DNA from: Trichosphaerium sp. ATCC 40318
Lineage: Eukaryota > Protista > Tubulinea
Direction of reading: 5' to 3'
Length of the DNA stretch: 44,793 nucleotides
Assembly: GCA_038496445.1 (NCBI GenBank)
Contig: JALMLS010000233.1
Location: forward strand, 1 to 44,793
Made by a program: the position numbers and the translations under genes. Positions 36,429-44,793 of this stretch are shown in pieces. The notes under the pieces were generated by a model that was given only the letters and a program-made list of their open reading frames with translations, made no database searches and had not been told where the DNA came from. How positions within the stretch are numbered: the first letter of the stretch is position 1; every line of letters starts with the position of its first letter.

Positions 36429-37618
36429 ATGTACAACGTTAGTACGTACAAAGTGTCACTTTTTAGAATCGCAAAATACGTTCAAATAACGTGTATAAGC
36501 CGTATCAAAGAACAAAGAAGTGCTTGATGAGTTCAAAGTATCGGAAAAAGTGGTTAAGATGGTTCCAGTAATGGCACATCAACTTGAAGCTGATAAAAGT
36601 AGCAACAAGAAGCTATTTCTGAATCTTGGCCATAATGTCACTTTAAAGGGCGTAAAACGTATTCTCAGAGCCACAGTTCTTCTTTTTTTTTAATATACGT
36701 ACCTTTAGATGTACTACATGACGTTGAGGAGTCCACAAACCAAAGCGAGCATGACCTAGATGAGTTGACGGAAGCAATGACTGCTGCTGGATGGCTGGGC
36801 TGTCAGGTAACATTTGTGCCAACCCTCCGGTCTTATTTCGAATCTAGGAGTGCTATGAAAAGTATACAGTAGCGGTCGCTCTAAGAGGAGATGACTTTGA
36901 GTCAGTACTTAAAAAAAGTGTTATGGATGTAGACTTTGAACAAGTGAACTACACAAAACTAACTGAAAGAGCTCAAGAAGAGATGGTAGCCCGTACTGTG
37001 ACAAGGGCAATCGAAAACAACACTCAAGATATCTATAAACATGCAATAGGAAGAGCTTTTGAGATATTTGCTAAAGAGTTAGACAGTAAGTGACAAACGA
37101 AACATTACTCAATGCTTATGTTAGATACAATAGATTATGAGCCTGTTAGAAATTCTGTGTTCCAATCTAAACCATTTATTAATGTGTATACTTACGTCAG
37201 TGATGAGATATTGTTTAGCTCAATGAAGGATTCTCATTACTTGTATGTAATGTTACTTTGTTTCAGTAATATCTTATTGTTTGTAAACTAGTTTTGCCAA
37301 TATGGAGAAAGAGATGGGTGTTTTGGTCGAAAGAGCTTGTAGGTATGCAGTACAGAATGCAGATAATGAAACCTGCTTCCAATTTTTGGTCGAGTTCGAA
37401 GACCAGTATTCTGAAATCAATGGTATTGATAAGATATGGTACCCAACTATTGAATCCCTCAATCTTAATCAATTTGTAGGTATACATTTTGTTGTATAAT
37501 ACGTAAAGATAAAAAACTACTCGAAAAAGTAATCGAGTTTGTTGGTAGTTCAGCTTCAGCTGATGTGCCGAAAACCAGTGAATTATTGGCCCGTCTAGCA
37601 GTTAATTACAAAAACTAG
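36429..37618 (+). CDS. Unknown ~300-aa protein, tandem paralogue A
   Basis: Intact spliced frame homologous to 38217-39431 with the same intron positions; start codon uncertain. Confidence 0.75.
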
Positions 37619-37681
37619 ATGTAAGCCTTGCGGCAAAACAGCAAACACAATAAAACTTGTTTTTCTGCTTTTTTACTTAGT

Positions 37682-37805
37682 TTAACTACCTGCAATGGTC
37701 TGTACACAAGGGCATTGATCAATATGCAATGTGTGAATACCTGAGATACGTAATATCTACATCCATTACAAACGAGTGTATGCGCTCCAGCCAAGGCTTT
37801 TAAAG
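37682..37805 (-). pseudogene. LRR gene relic (same repeat type as 21530-22654)
   Basis: Reverse strand reads KALAGAHTLVCNGC / frameshift / SGIHTLHIDQC. Confidence 0.6.
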
Positions 37806-38216
37806 TATTGTTAGAATAATGAAATCAACTATGCAATGTATCATTAAAACTAATGAACTCTATTTTGTGTTAGCGCTATGAGTGATTTTTTGGGACGGTT
37901 TATGAACATACGTAGCCTTTTGCAACTGGGAAAGCATACTGTTAGTGTATCCTTATGGAGTACTTTATGTGAGCTTAAGAACAGAAAGTCACGTGCGTGC
38001 TACTAATCGGGAGCGGCCGGTTAAAAAGTAGGCTTAGCGGTACAATAAATAGCGTTATTTCTGGTCAAACCCACAAAGCCAACGCCACTATCCCTTTGTG
38101 CAAATAATAACACGTAATTAAATCCACCGATCTACATGTTTTCCACCAACAACCAGCCTTGCGTAATTTTTTGCCTCATTGACAAAACTTGATTTATCAT
38201 CCAGATTAGAATAACT

Positions 38217-39431
38217 ATGGAACCTACAGGCAGTAAATGCTCTCAGAGCTGTATCATGTATCACCTTAGTATGTAAACATTGCGTATATATGTCAAGTAA
38301 CGCGTATTAGCCGTATCAAAGGACAAAGAAGTGCTTGATGAGTTCAAAGTATCGGAAAAAGTGGTTGAGATGGTTCCAGTAATGGCACATCAACTTGAAG
38401 TTGATAAAAGTAGCAACAAGAAGCTATTTCTGAACCTTGGCCATAATGTCACTTTAAAGGGCGTAAAACGTATTCTCAGAGCGTCGGAATTGTAAAGAAA
38501 ATAGTTAAAGCTTTGTAGAGGTACTAGAAGATATTGATGAGACAACGGAGCAAGTTTTCGAACAAGAACTCGACCACGTGAAGGAAGCCATGATTGCTGC
38601 TGGATGGCTTGGTTGTCAGGTGACGTCCAGTAATTTTGGCGGGCTTTACTAAATTCCACATAGGAGCAATGCGAAATATACACCACGGTGGTTGCTCTTA
38701 ACAGCGATGATTTTGAGTCTGTATTAGAAGGGAGCGCGATGGATGTAGACTTCGCTCAAGTTGATTATCCAGAATTAAACAGGCGAGCCCAGAGAGATGC
38801 AGTTTCTCATACTGTGAAGCGTGCTATTGCAGAGAATACGGAAGATATCTACATGGACGCAATAAACAGAGCGTTTGAGATCTTTGCGAAGGAGATAGGA
38901 TGTGCGTTACCGCTTATCTACTTCAAGTATGTATCAACTAACAAGTTCATTAAGCGAATAAGAAACTTGTTCGGTCTGTTTTCCATACTAGCTCATTCAT
39001 AAATGCTTATACTCGTCTTTATGATGAGACTTTGTTTCAATCAATCGAGAAGTATCCATACTTGCACGTGATTTTATTTCAAATAGCCTATATGACTTAC
39101 AATGCCAATTTAGCAATGATCATTTGTCCCAAGAAATGGTTGTCTTAGTTGAAAGCGCTTGCACATATGCAGTCCAGAATGAGGACACAGCAGCATGTAT
39201 TAAATTCTTGGCCAAGTTCAAGACCAACTACCATTTGTTTACGGATATTGACAAACTTTGGTATGCCATTGGAAAAGTATAATCTAAGTAATTTGTAGGT
39301 ACACCCTTTGTTGTAAGATACGTAAAGATAAGGACTCTGTAAAAAGTATTATTAATTGCGTTGGAGGCTTGTCTACTGTACCTAAAACGAGAGCTTTATT
39401 AGCACGCCTTGCTGTAAATTACAAGATCTAG
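38217..39431 (+). CDS. Unknown ~300-aa protein, tandem paralogue B
   Basis: Intact spliced frame MEPTGSKC..LARLAVNYKI-stop, paralogous to A. Confidence 0.78.
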
Positions 39432-39460
39432 CTTTTATAATAGTACCAATAAAAACAGTT

Positions 39461-39600
39461 TGAAAGTTCCATTGCAACACCATGTAATGCTTAGATGCCT
39501 TCATCTGTAACTCGGACACATCCATAAAGATTAAGTGTGAACACCTTTGAGCACTTTGATATCTTCATTTGCAATTTTCTGCAACAGGAAATATCGCCTC
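39461..39600 (-). pseudogene. LRR gene relic with a frameshift and a stop
   Basis: Reverse strand reads DISCCRKIANEDIKVLKGVH / frameshift / LNLYGCVRVTDEGI*ALHGV. Confidence 0.7.
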
Positions 39601-39755
39601 TACAAGTTCGGCGTATCCCGTTGAGTACATTTTGCGATAGTACTTGAGCGCTTGTTATACTGTAGCACCAAAAGACGTCACATGTGTTGCTGCTTCTGAG
39701 TGATTACAAAACGACATTAAGCAAAGGTTCGCTTATAGAGTAGGTGTACATCAAC

Positions 39756-41404
39756 ATGGCAAAAGTGTTTGTAAGGTTTTTCGCTAAAACCGTTAAAGAG
39801 TTAAAGTGCTTTAGGTGACCAGAAAGCTACCACAAGTAGTACTAGACAGGCTTAGCAACGCGAAACAAGTGTCTGAAGTTCGTGTACATGACGTACGACG
39901 TGTAATCGAACGCCCACGTACGCATACATACAAGTAGTATTGCTAAACACTGTTAGAATTGCTTAAAAACGTTGAGTGGTGTGATTGTCTACTATCGCAA
40001 CTGACAGGTGTAGTATTATTTTAAATGCATTACCGGGGCGTAAATTAACCAGCAAACCATAGATAAAATAGATCAAGAGGTGTTGGAAAAGAATCCTGCT
40101 TTAAAAATAGTTGTACGCCATAATGCTTACGCCAGCGAGAGAACCAAAGCTACCTCGACCTCATTTTACATTTTGACTCAAACAGTTTGCTTAAAACATG
40201 TCCTTTTCGCGTTACTACGCTCAATAGTCAAATAACGCTTACATAGGCAAACTACGCTGTCGGTTACAATAACATTGACGTTAAAACTGCATCCAAACTT
40301 AAAATACCTGTAACAAACACTCCAGGAGTCCGTACGCACTGCTAAATTATCTTGTACCTCCTTTGTTTGACATGTCGTTCCTAGTTGATGACACAACAGC
40401 TGACTTGACGTTCGGTCTTCTGCTGGCAACTGCACGGCGTATAGTAGAAGCAGATGAATTTGTACGCATTCTTATGACAAAAAAACCTGCGTGTCAACAT
40501 CCTTCCGAATAGCCACTAACGTCGCTGTTAGATGCGATCTGGAAAATACACAGAAACAAATTGGGATCCACTACTTATGACAGGTCATGATATACATCAT
40601 AAGACTCTCGGTATTGTTGGTCTGGGACGTATAGGTCAGGCAGTACGTGTCAATTCTCATTTAGTGATGATAAATTTCTAACATTTTTTTTCCTTGCTTT
40701 CTAGGTTGCCAGGAGAGCAAAGGGCTTTGATATGAAGATTGTTTACACTTCTTCTAATGGTAAAGAAAAAGCAGAAGCTAAGGACATTGGTGCTGAGCTT
40801 GTAACCTTGGATACTTTGCTTGAGGTAATTAATTCACCAAATATGACTCTAACTCGCTAATGTAGCAATCGGATTTTGTATCCCTCCACACGCCATTGAA
40901 TGAAAATACAAAACACCTGATTAATGAAGCGCGTTTGAAACAAATGAAGAGTTCAGCTATCCTCATTAACGCCAGCAGAGGCAAGATTGACTTTTTTGTC
41001 AAGGAAAAAAACCAAAACACCACTCTAACTTCATTGTACTTATTTTCTTTTCTTAGGACCTTGTGTTGACGAAGCAGCTCTTGTACGCGCCTTAAAATCT
41101 GGAACTATTGCAGGCGCAGGACTAGATGTGTACGAAGCTCACTGAGTTTTTTTTTTGACACTTTTTTTGTTGGATTTTATTTTGAAGGCTTGAAGCTTAC
41201 GCCCTTCCTAGTTTCGAGCAAGAACCAGTAATGGAAAAGGATCTCGCTTCGTTAAAAAATGCAGTCATACTACCACATATCGGTTCAGCGTCAATTGATA
41301 CACGTGTAAATATGGGAAATGCTGCTGTATCCAATATTTTAGCGCGTCTAGATGGTGCACCATTGCCATCTTGTGTAAATGGTTCAGACATTGGTTTACA
41401 ATAA
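39756..41404 (+). CDS. GRHPR: D-isomer-specific 2-hydroxyacid dehydrogenase, glyoxylate/hydroxypyruvate reductase-like
   Basis: [71 protein letters not shown]. Confidence 0.9.
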
Positions 41405-41457
41405 AGTATAGTAACTTTCAAAGAGGCAAACGTAGTAGGCTTGTTGTTAATAACGGT

Positions 41458-41895
41458 TTATTCGATATCGCTCGAGTAGTATTCAATGTCATCGTAGTTA
41501 ACAAAATCTGCGTTTGGTGGCCAGCAGTCCAGTGCTGGAATAAGCCTCGATAATATCGCAAATACAATACCAGCTAGACAAATAAAGCCAACTGAAAGCC
41601 CAAGAAGTATGTGCCAATATTTATCTTCCAAAAACACATATTTAGTTAGTTACGTGCGTAAGAGGTATTTGAGGAGAAGAGAAACTTCTTTAAAGATTTT
41701 TTGCTTGTTATTTCTGTTAAACAGCGTACAGCTTCTCGAAGGTGGTTCAGGAGATGTATGGTTTGTACCAACTAAGTTTGGAATCTATATTATGCATAAC
41801 TAAGTGATTTTAACGTCACGTGCGTTTAAGATACTAACCAAGCTTGTAACTGATATCTCTATGAAAATAATAAGGAGTAGTGCATAGATGCGCAT
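41458..41895 (-). CDS. Small (~93 aa) single-pass membrane protein
   Basis: Three exons splice in frame: signal peptide MRIYALLLIIFIEISVTSL, a short Pro/Ser/Thr stalk, TM ILLGLSVGFICLAGIVFAIL and an acidic Tyr-containing tail. Confidence 0.65.
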
Positions 41896-42940
41896 TGTAA
41901 ATAATTGGCTTTGTGACTAAGTGGCAACAAAGTCAGACGTAACTTAAAACTTGCAACCCTAATAAAGCGTCACTATCACACTCGTTTTATCAGCGCCACG
42001 TTGTTGCTTTCAATCGCTTATGGGAACCCGGTTAATTCCAAACGTATTTGCAGTAACTTACAATAAGAAAATATTAGTAAAACCAAAACGCGGGCTTACA
42101 ACACCGCCAATCAAAGCCAAAACGAGTATCTTCAATACCTCTATCACTCATAATTTCCATCCGTTTACGTCTTTCTTCAGGCAATATTTTATGATGTCGA
42201 TTATGGAATAACTGAGAATAAAACCGGAAGGACTTAGGCGGAGTTATAGTCGTTTGTACGAAGCGTGCAGTAAATGCATACTATGGAAAACACCTAACTG
42301 CCTATCGCTCAATGAAGATTTTCACTGAGTTAAATACAAAAGGAATGAATTAAATTGACCCCGGCACAGTAAAATGAAAAGTTGTCACGTGATTAAATAA
42401 ACGGAATCCAAACGGTTTTTGTTGAGAAGAGTAAGGTAAATGTGAAACGGTAGTGACACAACTGTTTTTTGAACACCTTTCGTTCGTTGGTTACAATAAC
42501 CGTTAAGATAAAAACTTGGTTTGAAGGCAGAAACGCTTAATATCACTAAAGACGCCTCACCACCTGAAGAAATTTAATAATCCCAACAGAAAACGTGCTT
42601 GTAGTCTAATGCGAGCGTAAATGGTAGCGATGGAAGTTATTGGTGAGATACAGGACTGGTTTTACTATAATACCAGTAGGGCGAAGTGGTAGAAGGGGTA
42701 CACACCGACATGAACATTGTTGAACAATCATTCGAGTTTTTGATTTTTTTTTTTTGGTTAACTTAATTTTTTAATATCACAGCCTAGCTCTACTCTTGCA
42801 TTGCAACAACACGGTAAGCAAATGAAGTTTAGGGGATAAGCTCCCATATTACTTGCTTTGCTCTAATGTATTGCTATAGGGAAGAGAGGTGATGCTCCTA
42901 TAGGGAGACACCGTTTTTATGATTATACTTTGACGCTAGC

Positions 42941-44304
42941 GTCGTCTGCTTGTACTGCATTAACGTTTACTTCACACCAACGCGGCTAAGACGTCATTGT
43001 CGTGATGCAATACTACATAAAACTTCATTTCTCGCTTCCAACTCGCAGCAAACGCGTAAATCAACTCCCAACTCCGCTATAGACATCTACGGCACGTGTT
43101 TAACTTTTAAGGATAAAAACCAAAGAACGCACCTTATTGTAATAAAATTGTTACCATTTACCCTATTCTAGCTTTGACGACTAATTCTGCTATCGGTCAT
43201 TATCTTCCTGGCCCTCTGTAGGCGTCAAAAAAAAAAACCAGGTTAGTGCTCCTCAGTATTCGAAAAAAACCCAAAGTAACTCCTTCTCTTCCGCCACTCT
43301 CACGACATCACTCCTGTTGAAGAAATATCTCTCATCAAACTTTCCCACAATGACGTTGGTTGCGAATTCACATTGCAGTAACTTTCCAATGAGGTTCCAA
43401 CATTTTCGCCAACACTAAGGTATTCACAACCAAAGAAAATCTGATGATACCAACTACCAAAAGAAACCCTCAATTTTGTACAGTCCTAAAGACTAGTAAT
43501 ATCGGCATCCCTACCTACAATGAGGTTAGCTTGGTGTCTAATGGTAACAAAGACAATACCAGTAATAAAGATAACGAGAGCGCAGTACGTCATTTTTAAA
43601 CAATACTACAAAAAAAAAAAAGAAAAACATTTTCTGCAGAGCTAATATTTTCATTAAAAAAGGATCCCTTCTCCCTGTTCTCTCTAGACTATGATCCTAT
43701 GCTGCAGAAGTTCTTCGGTAAAAATACTAGACCCGTGTTATATGCTTTGGCTATGACAATCCTTCTGAGGTTAGGTGTTATACCTGTCGAAGGACAAGAA
43801 GGACGGTTTTTTCATGTGGTGTAAGCACATACGGTTTTTTTTTTTTTATCTTTTTACACATGCTTCGTTACTACAATTACGAGCGGTTTGTTAACTCTCG
43901 TTAGTAACCACGAGTCGTTTATGTTAGCAGTGGCCATTTTCTGCTCAGAGAAAAGCAAGAGACCTATAAACGCGTACAGCACTTACAGATCTATATCACG
44001 GTACAAATCGGGATTTTGTCTACACATTGAAAATGTGTAAGTGTTATATTGTGTCTAACTTTTGTTTTAAAGATGGGTTAATATGCTTGATACACGTAAG
44101 AAAGGTCGGTCTTGGAGGTTTACATTAAAAACAGAAGAAGCGTCGCGTTGGTGTGAAGTAAACCATGAAATTAGAGCCATATTAAATGAAAAACTTAGCG
44201 TTTCTTGGACTTATAAGTGTAATGGCAAGGTGTCATACATGGAGCTTAATTCTTTTGACTTTGCTGTAAATGTGGACGCTGTAGCATGGGCTTGCTCATT
44301 ATAG
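42941..44304 (+). CDS. Uncertain gene(s): a C2H2 zinc-finger-like exon and a downstream multi-exon unknown domain
   Basis: CLYC-x12-H-x6-H at ~42947-43018; exons from ~43490 to 44304 splice in frame (DPFSLF..FFGVIPVEGQEGRFFHVVNH..RWVNMLDT..). I could not join the two parts without a stop. Confidence 0.4.
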
Positions 44305-44438
44305 CGCTTGTAATAATAAACCTAAGTAAAAAACCATTGTGCAGTGATTTCTGAAAATACTATAAAATTTTTTGGAGTTTCTTATCTCTGTAGTTTTTAG
44401 TTCCTCGTTTTTGAAAGTTTCGAAAATACATTAAACCA

Positions 44439-44793
44439 TTACATCCTCATTTGTACGAAAGTTGAATGTACAGCGTTTAAATTAAACAAACTATTTTCTG
44501 ACTGTCTGGCCAGAAACAGAGCACATTGGGAAAAAAAAAAGTGTATTGGGCCCTTTAAATAGAACACATAATCCTACATGTTCACATTGTTTTTTTTCCT
44601 CCGGAGTGATAGTGTTATGATCCTTGGAAGCGTTATTCAAGGTTCTACGCTATGCAAACCCTGTTCGTGGTGTACAAAAAGAGCGAACAAATCTTTCAAG
44701 TGTAGGAGATTTGTTTAAATTTACACCAACCATTTAACACTCTGCTGTTCCGTAACGCCAGAAAATAGCTTTACCAGGCCAGGAAGTAATTTA
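44439..44793 (-). CDS. Possible 3' end of a gene entering from the right edge
   Basis: Short exons can be spliced (KLLPGLVKLFSG..KWL/RRTLNNASK../SENSLFNL..RM-stop); no recognisable domain. Confidence 0.3.

Noticed and set aside
1-44793. Stop-codon reassignment as the cause of fragmented ORFs
   Set aside because: The well-supported genes splice cleanly with GT/GC-AG introns, and TAA, TAG and TGA all serve as terminators.

Overview
Eukaryotic, AT-rich, gene-dense genomic DNA with many short (mostly ~40-90 nt) spliceosomal introns and a standard genetic code. It is probably from a protist (amoebozoan-like; this is inference). The ORF track is fragmented by introns, so I re-spliced the genes by eye. 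Left to right: the first exon of an unknown gene whose long first intron holds a tandem array of palindromes and hairpins; a ~2.2 kb gene-free region with inverted telomere-like (CCCTAA/TTAGGG) motifs; a Tudor-SWIM-RING protein; SNAPC4-like Myb; a PKA catalytic subunit with a long N-terminus and a U12-type intron; PEX19; MIX23/CCDC58; an intronless F-box-like/MORN protein; a secreted GH31; an intronless F-box/LRR protein; an intronless bacterial-type GST; a calpain-like protein lacking its catalytic Cys; an IQ-DH-PH-PH RhoGEF; a myristoylated RING protein; a protein with five ~75-aa repeats fused to a Vsr/DUF559/RAP-like PD-(D/E)XK nuclease; a membrane protein; a tandem pair of unknown paralogues, each followed by an LRR relic; glyoxylate reductase; and small or uncertain genes at the right end. 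The most notable items are the modular repeat-nuclease, the intronic hairpin array, the minor-spliceosome intron, at least six GC-AG introns and a gene-conversion-like tract. CDS coordinates span start to stop including introns and come from manual splicing.
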